The notes under the pieces: model-generated
Told to the model about the DNA's origin: nothing
The model's database searches: none
Seen by the model: the letters and a program-made list of their open reading frames with translations, nothing else
Part shown: piece by piece, positions 29,320 through 39,363 of the stretch
Position numbering within the stretch: the stretch's first letter is position 1
Layout: the number at the start of each line of letters is the position of its first letter
Program-made: the position numbers and the translations under genes
From: Bacteriovoracia bacterium
GTDB taxonomy: Bacteria; Bdellovibrionota; UBA1018; CAIPTA01
NCBI GenBank assembly: GCA_050246755.1
Contig: JBFWVL010000005.1
Coordinates: 128,001-192,000 of the forward strand
Direction: 5' to 3'
DNA: 64,000 bases

Positions 29320-30855
29320 TCATAGAACCGCTCCCGCAGCGCCAGCGGCGGCGCTGCTAAGACCTCCGGTTGCGGCGCCGGGCACCGCACCGGAGACGGG
29401 TTCGAGGAAGTCGGGTTTTGCTTCCGCTTGGCCTTCCGACAACATGGGCTTGAGGAACATGAACGCCGATCCGGTGGTGAGTGTTGCGATCAGGAGCTGC
29501 ACCCAGGAGTAGATCGAATACATATAGTAGAGGCGATGGTTCACTAGGCTTGCCGAGTACAGCGATACTCCGTCGTTCATGTCGCCAAAGGCGCTCATCA
29601 CATCGGCAGACATCGCGATTCCGAGCATGACGTGATAGAGAAGCGTCCACAGCGGCGTCCAAAGAAGGACGGAGAAGTAAATCCAAAACCAGACGATCAA
29701 AACGCGGTAGTGGCCGGCCACTACGAAAAAGATCAGCCACGGAAAAATCGCTACCAGGATCATGCGAACGAAGCCCGCAACGTGTGGAGCCCGCGCCAGG
29801 TGTTCACTGAACTCCTGCGAACGCTTGGCAGCTTCCGCTGCTCCTTGGGTGTCGCGAAACCCAAACGTCCCGAGTAGGCCATCCCAGCTAAAGAAGCGGT
29901 TCATCGTTTGAAAGAATGAGCCCGCGCTGCCCGGAAGTTCGCTGGCCTTTTGAATGCCCATGCGGCCCTCGCGCTGATCGGCGTAGTAGTCCACCAGAGC
30001 CGATGAAACCGCATAGTTCTTGTAGTAGGACGGGTCGATCTTCGCGCCGTATCCGAGCGCCATCGCGGCCCCGCCAGGGATTCGGTCAGAGAACCCTTTG
30101 GTTTTTTCCGTCGCGTATTGGTTGAGTTTCTGAACCGTGGATTCCTTCACTTCAAGGCAGTTGGTCTGCTTTCCATTCCCAAGGTCGAGCGTCACGTCGG
30201 CTAGATCGCGGTCAAGTTTCTGGCCGGTCTTGAACATACCGTCTATCGCTGCCTGATTCTTGAATTCCTGGACGAACGGCAAAACCTTGGTGAAGCACTC
30301 GTCGGTATAGAATTGGAGCTGATCGCGCAGCTCGGGGTCTTCGATGCTAGTGGTGCCCGCGTACATGATCGCTTTGTAGAAGAGGTTCGGGGCCGTGAGC
30401 TGCGAGTTTCCAACCGCGAACACTTGGTCGATCACGCGTGCTAGAAGGCTCGTTAGCTCTTCAGCCGTGTGGCTGATGAGCTGAAAGACAACGCTGACCT
30501 TGTACTGGCCCTGCACGCCTTGGAAGCGGCCTTGAACGTAGGGGTTATCCGCCCAATTCTTGCCCTGGTAGTCGGACACTTGGGCCGTCGTACCAACACG
30601 CAAGATCGCGAGCCCCAGGAAGAGGCACGCGATCACCTTGACGAATTTTGAGAGTGGCAAGTGCCGACGCTCAACAAGTGAGCCCGGCACATAGCGGGAG
30701 ATAAATTTGAGCGCGGTCATGAAGAAACCCGCGCCGAAGATGAGTAGGATAAGGCCCTTGAAGAATGCCTCACCCGTAATCACTTCGATGAACTTCGCGT
30801 GCAGTTCAAGGCCGAGGATTTGATAGAGTGCCTCATAGGCGGTATTGGAAAACAT
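29320..30855 (-). CDS. traG: TraG N-terminal-like mating-pair stabilisation protein
   Basis: AGGAGG RBS before ATG 30855; TM-periplasmic-TM layout, FYTDECF, APHVAGFVRM; last gene of the tra operon. Confidence 0.75.
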   Translation of the reverse strand: MFSNTAYEALYQILGLELHAKFIEVITGEAFFKGLILLIFGAGFFMTALKFISRYVPGSLVERRHLPLSKFVKVIACLFLGLAILRVGTTAQVSDYQGKNWADNPYVQGRFQGVQGQYKVSVVFQLISHTAEELTSLLARVIDQVFAVGNSQLTAPNLFYKAIMYAGTTSIEDPELRDQLQFYTDECFTKVLPFVQEFKNQAAIDGMFKTGQKLDRDLADVTLDLGNGKQTNCLEVKESTVQKLNQYATEKTKGFSDRIPGGAAMALGYGAKIDPSYYKNYAVSSALVDYYADQREGRMGIQKASELPGSAGSFFQTMNRFFSWDGLLGTFGFRDTQGAAEAAKRSQEFSEHLARAPHVAGFVRMILVAIFPWLIFFVVAGHYRVLIVWFWIYFSVLLWTPLWTLLYHVMLGIAMSADVMSAFGDMNDGVSLYSASLVNHRLYYMYSIYSWVQLLIATLTTGSAFMFLKPMLSEGQAEAKPDFLEPVSGAVPGAATGGLSSAAAGAAGAVL

Positions 30856-30863
30856 CGAACCTC

Positions 30864-31103
30864 CTAATCCCGAACGGGCATGAGAGCCCGCGCGCGAAGT
30901 CCTGGACGAAGACCGATCTCGACTCCATCTTCCCAGCTTAAGAAGCGGAGGATCGCGTCTGAGGAGCGCTGCACGAGCCCTAAGAGCCACGCACCACTAA
31001 GGCAGAGTTCGAGCACCGTGCCGGTCTTCAACAGCTCATTCTCAAGCTTCCAGGCGTTCGGGCCTGCGGCTTCGAGAACGCCTTCAACGGATTTCACTTT
31101 CAT
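30864..31103 (-). CDS. Small hypothetical protein in the tra operon
   Basis: ATG overlaps the upstream TGA and the ORF fills the gap; 79 aa. Confidence 0.55.
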   Translation of the reverse strand: MKVKSVEGVLEAAGPNAWKLENELLKTGTVLELCLSGAWLLGLVQRSSDAILRFLSWEDGVEIGLRPGLRARALMPVRD

Positions 31104-32422
31104 CAGTGACCTCCTTCGCAAAGGACGCCATCGGCACAGTCGAAGTAGCGGGATCGGGCGTTCGACGACTCCAGAGCCGATTCATCTCTTTGGATTCTGT
31201 CGGCAGACAGACTTGCGCGAAGGCTTCCACCTTCTTGATTGATCTGCGCGACTACTTGATTCAGCGGCGCATTTTTCTCCCGCTGTAATTCCAAGGTGGC
31301 GTCAATAGACTGTTTCAGCGATTCTCGTTTGTCGGCGATTTCTTTCCGTCTACGGTCCGGCAGATTCGGGTTCTGGCTGGCTACAGCGAGCACGTCGAGC
31401 GAGCGGTTCATGTCTTCCGAAAACCGCGATGCTGCAATCGAATTGGCGAGCCGTTGGCAGTAGAGAGCCCGCGTTTTGAATGGCATAACCGCAAGGTTTC
31501 GCAGTGTCTGTCGATCGAGAACCGTTTGGTCGGTGCCGGTTATCGCCTTCAAATCAGCCGTGCGAATGAGAGTATTGGTTTGACTCGGATCAGAACCGTC
31601 AATCTTACCCATGAGGCCTGAGCAGAGCTTACTCTGAACGTCGCGCTCGATGCCCGCCAGGTGCGTTCGCGGGGTGATGCCGAAAGGCTTGTCGCCGTAA
31701 TTTACGGAGACATTTCCGCGGGCGATAACCGTGTCACCAACGAGACTCTGCACGAGTTTGATCGAGTCTTTGCCACCTTCTTGCGTGTCGAATCCTGCCC
31801 ACTTTGCAGAGCTGCCAATCAATTCATTGGAACTGCTCTTTTCGCCGTACTTTGATCCTGACCAGTTCGCGATGTCGGTGTTGAACATACTGCCGGAGTT
31901 ACAAGCCTGCATTGCGGCCTCGATGTTGCCGCCATTTTGCTCGATCTGTTTGTGTACGCAGGACTGGCGTTCTTCGTAGTAATCGGAAACCCGCGAGTCC
32001 GTGTACTTGTCCATCAGCGCGCACTGATTGAGCCGCATCTGCGACATGAAGTTTGCATTGATTTGCGAGTGTTTCAGGATTGCGCACCAAGTGGGACTGA
32101 AGTAGCACGCGAGAAGCATCGGCGACCCGGCCATGATGTCTTTTCCCATGTCGCCAAAGTATTTGCTGTCGAGGATGTTTTTGAGAGTGGCCTGAAGCGT
32201 GTTCTTGAAGTCCACGCGTCCGCAATCGGAGCCGATCCCGAGATTGATGCCAAGATCGACTGTGCGGAACTGATCGAACACCGGATCACGGCGCATCGGC
32301 TGGTTTTGGTAGAGATAGTCGCCCGAACCAAGTTCGCTCTGATTCATGTAGTAGTAGTCAGAATCCCTTGCGAACGCGGAGACGGACACCAAACATAGGA
32401 GAATTGAGGTAAGTACCTTCAT
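31103..32422 (-). CDS. TraH-like Cys-rich periplasmic protein
   Basis: Signal peptide, SDCGRVD resembling the TraH GCG motif; between traC and traG. Confidence 0.6.
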   Translation of the reverse strand: MKVLTSILLCLVSVSAFARDSDYYYMNQSELGSGDYLYQNQPMRRDPVFDQFRTVDLGINLGIGSDCGRVDFKNTLQATLKNILDSKYFGDMGKDIMAGSPMLLACYFSPTWCAILKHSQINANFMSQMRLNQCALMDKYTDSRVSDYYEERQSCVHKQIEQNGGNIEAAMQACNSGSMFNTDIANWSGSKYGEKSSSNELIGSSAKWAGFDTQEGGKDSIKLVQSLVGDTVIARGNVSVNYGDKPFGITPRTHLAGIERDVQSKLCSGLMGKIDGSDPSQTNTLIRTADLKAITGTDQTVLDRQTLRNLAVMPFKTRALYCQRLANSIAASRFSEDMNRSLDVLAVASQNPNLPDRRRKEIADKRESLKQSIDATLELQREKNAPLNQVVAQINQEGGSLRASLSADRIQRDESALESSNARSRYFDCADGVLCEGGH

Positions 32423-34956
32423 TACCGGCCTTCCTTTTCTGCAATCGCGTCGCGATCGCTTTCACTGTTGACCGACGTCTCTCGGTCAAGATCAGATTGG
32501 ATGTAGCGGAAAGCTCCTTGATGAGAGCTGTCCTTGTTGGTGTAGAAAACCTCTGCGAATTCATTCACGCGAGTTTCGAGACTGCTCACGATTTCGAGCG
32601 CGGCATGTCCAAGAAGCGACGAGGTTTCTTTGAGGTAGCGCACGTTATCGGGGCTCATTTTGAGGAAGAAGAAGTTGTCGGCTCCACCCCAGACTGCCTT
32701 TCCAGCTTCCGTCTCGAAAAATACGCGCGGATTCGGCGCGACTCCGAGAAGACTGAATCCCATCTTCCGCATACGTTCTGCCGCTTCGATCACGAATTCG
32801 CCGACAATGGGATTGTCTCTTCCGAGGCATCCGAGCTCTTCGATGTAGAGCACGCCACCACGCTTCAGACTCTCGGGCCGAGCCATGATCGACATGATTT
32901 CGTTAATCACGCACATGCTCATCAGCACTTTCAGCGTTTCGTCCACGTCGAGCGCTTCGAGGTCGTAAGCATAGAGGAGTTTGTCGTCACTGGACGAACC
33001 TTGGGCCTGACCCCGAAAGAACGGAGCGTAGATTCCATCTCCATAGAACGGCATGAGCCGGGTCACAAGATCGTCAATCGCGTCTTTCAGAGTTTCGAAC
33101 TCTTCTTCCGACGTGAGTGCCGCCATGCTCGAAATCACGTCATCCATCGAGACCGACACATGCGAGCGCTCCTTCAAGTGAATGAGCTGATCGTTTTCGT
33201 AACCGACTCCGACTTCGCGAGCGCGCCGAAGGTAGGCTTCCTTCACGGCGCGAGATACGATTGCGAGGTGGTGACTCTCTTTGTTGAAAGTCTGGCTGGT
33301 CAGCTTTACGGCGGTCAGAATCAAGTTCGTGAGAAACTGCACTTTGCTGTCATCGAAAGCCCCCCGAAACGGAGTGAAGGGCATTTTCTTTCGAGGATCG
33401 AAAACACTGAGGCTTCCGTCGAATTTCGCGCACAGCGCTTCGCAGCTCGCGCGTTTGTCGATTACAAATGCCATCGGTTCGGAACCTGGCCGATTCTTCG
33501 GATTGAGTTTCAGCGCTTGTACGCAGTCGAGGGCGAACTTACTTTTACCCGAGCCAGTGTCGCCGAGGATTGCGGTGTGATTCGAGATCGGATTAGCACA
33601 CCATGAGAAACGCACGAGATTGTTTTCGCGTGAGAGAAAGAGCTGCATGGGGTTCTCGATTCCTCGGTAGGAATCGAAGATCGGGAGCAGATTCGTCGCG
33701 TCCTTGTTCATGATCCTTACGAACCGTTGTGTGGATGCGTCGGCAGCGGGTGTGTAGAAGAGAGGGAGCGAATTCAAGCAAAGCCCGAGCCCAATCAGCT
33801 CCTCTCGAATCACTTCGCACTCCAGGTCGTTGTGAAAGACGCTCGTGATCGCCCGCGTGCGGGCGTTGAGCAGTTCTTCGGTTTCTGCTTCGACGACCAC
33901 GCAAAAGGTCATAAAGAGGCACCGCTCGTCGTGAGCGAGTCGCTCCTGGATCGTCTTCAGCTCTTGGAGCTGGCGCTTTGCCCGAGCGCTTGGACTGTTC
34001 TGGAGAAAAAACTCCTTCGTGTCGAAGTAGCTCTTCACCTTCGCAGGCTTGGGGAAGCTAAAATTGAGGGACAGCCGGAACGGAAAAGGTAGCTGAAGGA
34101 AGTTTGCCATTCCGCCCGGTACGACACGCCGAGGACTCGTCTTGAGCGTGATCGTGCGGGTCTTGATACCCTCGCGCTCTAGCCCTTCTAAGGAGCCTGT
34201 CGGGCCTGCATAGACGATCTGTTCAGAGATCGGGACATGGGGATTAAATGGGGCGAACTCGCGCGCGAGATACTCCTTCGGGTTGAAAAACCGACGAAGG
34301 AAGTCTACTAACCCTGCGCCCGTTAGTCGTGAGAGCGGGACGCGGGAGCTTTCTTGAAACTGCGCCAGGATTTGCGAGAGTTCGGCGACTTCCTTCGTGA
34401 TCGCATTCATTGAATCGAAGAGAAGCCCTTCGCCACGTTCGAGAAGTCGAAGAATGGTCTTTGAGTCACCGGGCTCGGGAAAGTAACGGATCGACAGCAG
34501 CGCACGTCTCCGCATGGGAGAGAGCTTTGAGCGACCTTGGCAGAAGTTGCGAAAGGTTTCGAGCCGCGCCTTGTAGATGGCAGCCGAGACTGGATGCGGA
34601 AGTTTCATGCCGCTCGATTCAAAATTCCAAATCGGATCGCGCGCCGGAATTTCTGCCTGATCGAAAAGAATTTGAAGCGTGCAACGCTCGGGCAAGAAAA
34701 ACCAAGACTTCATGCTCGAAACAAGATCCACGATTCTCTCGGCTTCAAGCGGCTCGTGTTCAATGAGGCCGATTTCGTAGATGGCCCCAAGAGAGCCATC
34801 TTTGAGGACAAACATTCCTGCTTCCGGCAGATACTCTTCGTAGGGCAGAATTTTGGCGAATGAGTCAGGCCGCTCGAATAGGGCCTTTACGAAAGACTTG
34901 CGACTGGCGAGCATACGCTCGATGATCTCGTCGCTCGATAAGCGAGTCCCAAACAT
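32422..34956 (-). CDS. traC: TraC/VirB4 ATPase
   Basis: LPYEEY N-terminus, GDTGSGKS Walker A, YIEE Walker B, RMRK. Confidence 0.9.
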   Translation of the reverse strand: MFGTRLSSDEIIERMLASRKSFVKALFERPDSFAKILPYEEYLPEAGMFVLKDGSLGAIYEIGLIEHEPLEAERIVDLVSSMKSWFFLPERCTLQILFDQAEIPARDPIWNFESSGMKLPHPVSAAIYKARLETFRNFCQGRSKLSPMRRRALLSIRYFPEPGDSKTILRLLERGEGLLFDSMNAITKEVAELSQILAQFQESSRVPLSRLTGAGLVDFLRRFFNPKEYLAREFAPFNPHVPISEQIVYAGPTGSLEGLEREGIKTRTITLKTSPRRVVPGGMANFLQLPFPFRLSLNFSFPKPAKVKSYFDTKEFFLQNSPSARAKRQLQELKTIQERLAHDERCLFMTFCVVVEAETEELLNARTRAITSVFHNDLECEVIREELIGLGLCLNSLPLFYTPAADASTQRFVRIMNKDATNLLPIFDSYRGIENPMQLFLSRENNLVRFSWCANPISNHTAILGDTGSGKSKFALDCVQALKLNPKNRPGSEPMAFVIDKRASCEALCAKFDGSLSVFDPRKKMPFTPFRGAFDDSKVQFLTNLILTAVKLTSQTFNKESHHLAIVSRAVKEAYLRRAREVGVGYENDQLIHLKERSHVSVSMDDVISSMAALTSEEEFETLKDAIDDLVTRLMPFYGDGIYAPFFRGQAQGSSSDDKLLYAYDLEALDVDETLKVLMSMCVINEIMSIMARPESLKRGGVLYIEELGCLGRDNPIVGEFVIEAAERMRKMGFSLLGVAPNPRVFFETEAGKAVWGGADNFFFLKMSPDNVRYLKETSSLLGHAALEIVSSLETRVNEFAEVFYTNKDSSHQGAFRYIQSDLDRETSVNSESDRDAIAEKEGR

Positions 34957-35047
34957 ACGGAAACCTCCGTTTGTGGGTCACTCGCCGGATGATCGGTAGA
35001 GAGACTCTGGAAAATTCACCCTCTTGAGTAGTAGAAGGGCTGAAACT

Positions 35048-35440
35048 CTAGGCCGCTGGTGCAACTGGCTTTGGTGGAGCCTTGGATTTTTTCGGAGGAG
35101 CGGCTTTCGGACGATCTGCTGTGCGTTTCGACTTTTTGTCGGTCTTTGGCACATCGACCTTAACCATCGCCCAACTCTCGTCTTCAACGACGACCGAAAG
35201 CCATGACCCCCAGAAGTAGACCTTCGAGGTCATGTCGTGCGGGAATAGCCAGCCGACGACGACCTTTTCAGGGACTCGTGTGGGAACGTACTTCACGCCG
35301 CCGCTTGCACCGAGGCTTCCAAGAGGAGGTCCCTTCACATCGTAGCCTGCGCGCTCCTCAAGAACGGTCTTCGTCGGAGCCGAACTACAGGCCACTAGAC
35401 TAATCGAGAATGCGAGTGAAATAAGAGTAGATACCTTCAT
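35048..35440 (-). CDS. traV: TraV lipoprotein
   Basis: Lipobox LVAC and PTRVPEKVVVGWLFPH signature. Confidence 0.8.
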   Translation of the reverse strand: MKVSTLISLAFSISLVACSSAPTKTVLEERAGYDVKGPPLGSLGASGGVKYVPTRVPEKVVVGWLFPHDMTSKVYFWGSWLSVVVEDESWAMVKVDVPKTDKKSKRTADRPKAAPPKKSKAPPKPVAPAA

Positions 35441-36641
35441 TGCTTTCCGTCCTTTCCTTTTTGAAAAACTCTTCGGGCAGGCTCACTTTGTCTTTCATTA
35501 CGATCCACACGTCGCGACCGGAGCCGACTTCGACCGTCGGCGAGAGACTTTGCGCCTGTTGGAGATACCACTGCGCCACCATGCCAGCGGCGTTCGCTGC
35601 ACCTCCCGCGACCATGTACTTCGTCGAATCGCCGGTAAGAACCGAAGATGAGCCTCCGAGGGGATTAACGCTCTGTGAAGTCTGCGCAGCTTGTACGGCC
35701 TGGCCGACACCTTGAACGATGCCCGAGAGAAACGCCATTGAAGCGACGCGACCTTGCTTCGAGTTTACTTTTCCTTTCATGGCGAACGAGCCGTCTTTGT
35801 CGTCAGCAATGAACCCATTCACATCGCGCTCGAACATTTTTCCCTTGCGAGAAACGCAACTCATTTTCGTCGCTTGCATTTGCACACGCTCGGTCGAGAG
35901 ATTTCCCTCGGCCTTCGCGATCATAAAACAGCCAGACAGATCAATCTTGTGATCGTTCGGAGCGACGTAGGAAAAGTCGAGCACCATCAGGACCGGATAC
36001 GTTTTCCCTTCAGGCACATCGACGCCCGTAAGAATTTTCGCTTTGACGTAACTACCGGCTGGAAGCATCACGCCATCTGTCTTTGCGTCTCCCTTTACTG
36101 GAAACGCGATCAGGTCAGGGCCACTGCTTGAACCGCGGACTCGCGCCCTTCGTGGTACGCCCGCGCTTTGGGATTCGCTGATGCGGGTTCCTTGAAATTC
36201 CTCCGTCGCCGAGTAGGTTTGGATTTCGCCATTCGTCACGGGAGACGCCGATCCACCGATGGAAGTCTGAGCTCCGTTTGCGGGTACGGTTGCGGGCGCC
36301 GCCGACATTTTCTTTTCTAGCTCTGCAAGGCGCGCCGCGATCTGTGCCTGTGCATCCATCATGGCTTGAGCCTTTTGCGAAAGCAGCCGTTCCTTTCCAT
36401 AATAGAACGTGCTTTCGCGGTCATTCAGGATGCGACCGTTTTGGAAATTCACATCGGCAGGCCGCTCGACAAATCGGCTCTCCTGCTGACTGCCAATTCC
36501 TACGATGTTAACGAGGAGAAGAACTCCCAGAACGGCGCCGCCGACCAAAAGCGGCTTCGTCTTAAAAATGTCTTTGAGGCGCTCCTCGTGGCGCTTCCAA
36601 TCAATACTCTTGAATGAACTAACCACTTTCGCCATTTCCAT
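35400..36641 (-). CDS. traB: TraB/VirB10 protein
   Basis: TM, coiled coil, LPAGSYVKAKILTGVD and GNLSTER. Confidence 0.9.
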   Translation of the reverse strand: MEMAKVVSSFKSIDWKRHEERLKDIFKTKPLLVGGAVLGVLLLVNIVGIGSQQESRFVERPADVNFQNGRILNDRESTFYYGKERLLSQKAQAMMDAQAQIAARLAELEKKMSAAPATVPANGAQTSIGGSASPVTNGEIQTYSATEEFQGTRISESQSAGVPRRARVRGSSSGPDLIAFPVKGDAKTDGVMLPAGSYVKAKILTGVDVPEGKTYPVLMVLDFSYVAPNDHKIDLSGCFMIAKAEGNLSTERVQMQATKMSCVSRKGKMFERDVNGFIADDKDGSFAMKGKVNSKQGRVASMAFLSGIVQGVGQAVQAAQTSQSVNPLGGSSSVLTGDSTKYMVAGGAANAAGMVAQWYLQQAQSLSPTVEVGSGRDVWIVMKDKVSLPEEFFKKERTESNEGIYSYFTRILD

Positions 36642-36643
36642 TT

Positions 36644-37483
36644 CTATTCACCTTTCTTCTGCGAGGCTTGCGCATCGGGCTCCAGCGCTTCCATCGCGAG
36701 AATTACGTCGCGGCTCGATGAGGTATTTTTCGCCACCACGCGAACCAGTGTTTGATGGGTGCCTTTGCCTTTCGGGAAAAGCCGCTCTTCATCACTCTGT
36801 GCCAAAATGGCGAGGTTTGGATCGCCGACGGAAATATGGCGAACGTCAACCTCAACGGTCTTTCGCCAGCTAGTGTTCGTGACGCGATAGACATACCCAT
36901 TGAAGGGCGAGCCTTTGTAAACGCGGAGCAGTTCGACGGAAGCACTATTAAGCTTCGAAGGCATGTCACTCATAAGGCGCGTGACTTTGTATCCGGATAC
37001 TTCGTCGTCTCGGACCATTGCCTTAAGAAGCTCAACCTCCGAGATTTTGGGCGCATTAGGATCGGACTGGTCAGAGTCGAGAGCATCGCGAGGTTTGAAC
37101 TCATAGAAACTATCAGCGGCGGGGTCGCTCGGGCTGACGACGATCTTGGTTTTGATAACAGTGCCGTCAGCCAGAAAGAACGCGACCTCATTCACGCCGT
37201 TCGTGAACCGAGGAGTGACCGACAAAACCGTGTACGTCGGATCGGCGTCGTTGGCGGGCTTGATCGTAAGCCGGCCAGCCCCAGTTATTGTTTGCACAGC
37301 TTTTTGAAAGCGGAAAATCGTAGAGCTACCGTGCCGAATCCTCACTTGTTCTGCGGTCGATCCATAGAAGACCGCCTTTGCGACAGCTTCATCGGGCATT
37401 GCCACTTCGAGGGCAAGCACGAAAGATGAGCAGAAGAGAGCTGCCTTTAAGAGCTTTTCAATTTCTTTGTTTCGCTTGTGCAT
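36644..37483 (-). CDS. traK: TraK-like secretin-domain protein
   Basis: GGAGG RBS before ATG 37483, signal peptide, ELLKAM motif; between traE and traB. Confidence 0.7.
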   Translation of the reverse strand: MHKRNKEIEKLLKAALFCSSFVLALEVAMPDEAVAKAVFYGSTAEQVRIRHGSSTIFRFQKAVQTITGAGRLTIKPANDADPTYTVLSVTPRFTNGVNEVAFFLADGTVIKTKIVVSPSDPAADSFYEFKPRDALDSDQSDPNAPKISEVELLKAMVRDDEVSGYKVTRLMSDMPSKLNSASVELLRVYKGSPFNGYVYRVTNTSWRKTVEVDVRHISVGDPNLAILAQSDEERLFPKGKGTHQTLVRVVAKNTSSSRDVILAMEALEPDAQASQKKGE

Positions 37484-37496
37484 ACGCGCCTCCAAA

Positions 37497-38228
37497 TTAC
37501 TTGCCGGTTTTCGGTTGATTGATCGGTTGCGCAGCTTTGAAACCATCAGCGCGCGACCGCTTTAACGAAGTGATTTCGAGATACCACTCCTTGCCCTTCA
37601 TGGGCGGTACAAGCCGCATCGTCAGTTCAATCACTTCATCGACACGACCAAGACTCTCGCTATTCGAATAGCGTTCACGGTTCGCGATGGCCGTCATTTT
37701 GTAGAAGCCTTCGCCCGTGGCGACAGCCTCACGATCAGTGATTCTCAGAATCTCTGAGATATTTTCGTTTTTGACCGTTTCTCGCCACTCAGCGACTTCT
37801 GCCTCGAACTGAACGCGGAGCTCGGGAGCCATGAACGTCGCCAGGCGCTTATACTGCTCGTCGATGTTTGCGGCATTTACGTTTCCGAGCATCGAGAGGA
37901 AACTCATTCCGGCATTTACGACATAGGAATCGCTAACGGTTTGCGGAGCCGCCGTCGTGAAATCCATCACACCAGGAGCGAGGATGTATTCCTTCTCGCG
38001 CAGTTTCTTTTCCAGTCCATGAATCTCGATTCGCGAGAATGCGAAATTTGCGGCGAACGCGGCGACATGGATTGCGAGGATGTATTGGAGAGTAAGACGC
38101 TCTTTCAGCATCGCCGCTTTGAATGCCACAAACTTCGGGAGCACCCGCAAATCGACGCCTTGATAGACGCCGACCGGCCGGGTCGCGACTTGCGCTGCTT
38201 CAATGCCCTTATCCATTGCTGTCAGCAT
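37497..38228 (-). CDS. traE: TraE-like protein
   Basis: Single TM followed by ILAP and VSDSYV…LGNV; start reassigned to about 38228. Confidence 0.7.
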   Translation of the reverse strand: MLTAMDKGIEAAQVATRPVGVYQGVDLRVLPKFVAFKAAMLKERLTLQYILAIHVAAFAANFAFSRIEIHGLEKKLREKEYILAPGVMDFTTAAPQTVSDSYVVNAGMSFLSMLGNVNAANIDEQYKRLATFMAPELRVQFEAEVAEWRETVKNENISEILRITDREAVATGEGFYKMTAIANRERYSNSESLGRVDEVIELTMRLVPPMKGKEWYLEITSLKRSRADGFKAAQPINQPKTGK

Positions 38229-38448
38229 CTCGTTTGCCTTTCCGCTTAGTTGACTTCTCAGTCGCTGGAGTGGCGGCTCCAGGCGCCTCGACAGCGCGAT
38301 TCTTAGCGATAACGTCAAGGTACTTAGCCGAGACGATCCAAGTTTCCACGCGCTTGAAAATCCAGTAACGACCATCGCGAGAAAGGCGCTGAGTAAGTTC
38401 GAGATTAGGTTTGCGCTCGAAGCGTTTCGGGTTGTCTCCATTTTCCAT
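38209..38448 (-). CDS. Small hypothetical protein (79 aa) between traL and traE
   Basis: GGAGG RBS before ATG 38448; MENGDNPKRFERKPNLELTQRLSRDGRYWIFKRVETW. Confidence 0.6.
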   Translation of the reverse strand: MENGDNPKRFERKPNLELTQRLSRDGRYWIFKRVETWIVSAKYLDVIAKNRAVEAPGAATPATEKSTKRKGKRDADSNG

Positions 38449-38498
38449 TGGGCCTCCATTTGGTCTTGTTTTACGCTCACGTTTAAGTCCTCTCTTGG

Positions 38499-38843
38499 TT
38501 AGTCCGAGTACAGCCGCTCGCGGCCTCTCGGATTGATTACGCCCGGCAGGTCCATTCGCAGACGTGCGTAGGGCCAATGAAAGAAAATCCCCTTCGGATA
38601 CTTCCGCTTGATGACCGGGCCTGCGCCGAGACAAAGCAAGAGAAGCGTGAACATCGTTCCCCATGAGTAAAAGAGGACGCCGAAGATCAGGATGATGAAG
38701 AGCGCAATGAACACGTCTTGAAGTTCCCAGAAATCGAACACCATAATTGGCGAGTCGATTGTCTGGCTTACAAGTGAGGCGTGGCGCGCTTTTAGTAGTT
38801 CTTGCTTACGCACGCATGGTCTCCACGGAGATAGCGGGCGCAC
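38499..38843 (-). CDS. traL: TraL-like membrane protein (start probably GTG near 38813)
   Basis: IDSPIMVFDFW plus two TMs and KGIFFHW; follows the pilin. Confidence 0.7.
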   Translation of the reverse strand: MRPLSPWRPCVRKQELLKARHASLVSQTIDSPIMVFDFWELQDVFIALFIILIFGVLFYSWGTMFTLLLLCLGAGPVIKRKYPKGIFFHWPYARLRMDLPGVINPRGRERLYSD

Positions 38844-39255
38844 TCATGGAAAAGATTCCGCCACCGCCGCCTATGTCGAAAATGTTCTTTACCCAAGTAG
38901 GTGCGGTTCCGAGAACGATGGCCGCTACGATGCACAGAACGGCGATCCCGAATCGTTGCTCCTTCAGATTCCAACCGGCTGACATCACGCAAAGACCCGC
39001 AAAGATTCTGGCTCCCCAGGAGAACAGAACGGAATCGACGATGCGGAGAAGAGTTCCCGCCGCCTCAAGTTTGTCGCTCGCGTCTTGCCCTGGAATACGG
39101 ACTGTTGCCCCGAAGGCTTGCGCGTGCGCAAACCAAAGGAGCAGCATTGTAATCAGCAGAAATAAAAACCATTCCTCACGTTGCCGAGGATTGGGACTCT
39201 TCAGATGTGAACCGTGGATTAATGATCCACACAGCAATAGGCGCTCTCCGAGCAT
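38806..39255 (-). CDS. Conjugative pilin (TraA/VirB2-like)
   Basis: AAGGAG RBS, long leader ending AQAFGA, two hydrophobic helices. Confidence 0.7.
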   Translation of the reverse strand: MLGERLLLCGSLIHGSHLKSPNPRQREEWFLFLLITMLLLWFAHAQAFGATVRIPGQDASDKLEAAGTLLRIVDSVLFSWGARIFAGLCVMSAGWNLKEQRFGIAVLCIVAAIVLGTAPTWVKNIFDIGGGGGIFSMSAPAISVETMRA

Positions 39256-39363
39256 AGGAATTCTCCTTCGTCGGAAGCCCGCTCGCCTTTGGTGGTGGAG
39301 AGACTTCTAAATTAGATTTTTTAGCTTCTGCACTTGGTAGTGGTGAGCAGAAGTCGTTTCATA

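Noticed and set aside
29153-29323. N-terminal extension of the 178-aa ORF
   Set aside because: It runs through the oriT hairpins; the ATG at 29152 has the RBS and a lipoprotein signal.
32497-33606. 369-aa plus-strand ORF and similar antisense ORFs across the window
   Set aside because: Shadow frames opposite well-supported genes, with no recognisable motifs.
38229-38480. Long N-terminus of the TraE ORF
   Set aside because: The region is better explained by the separate 79-aa ORF 38209-38448 with its own RBS.
39299-39318. Fifth enhancer-like site upstream of the pilin (GAGACTTCTAAATTAGATTT)
   Set aside because: Three mismatches in the arms and no adjacent GG-N10-GC promoter seen.
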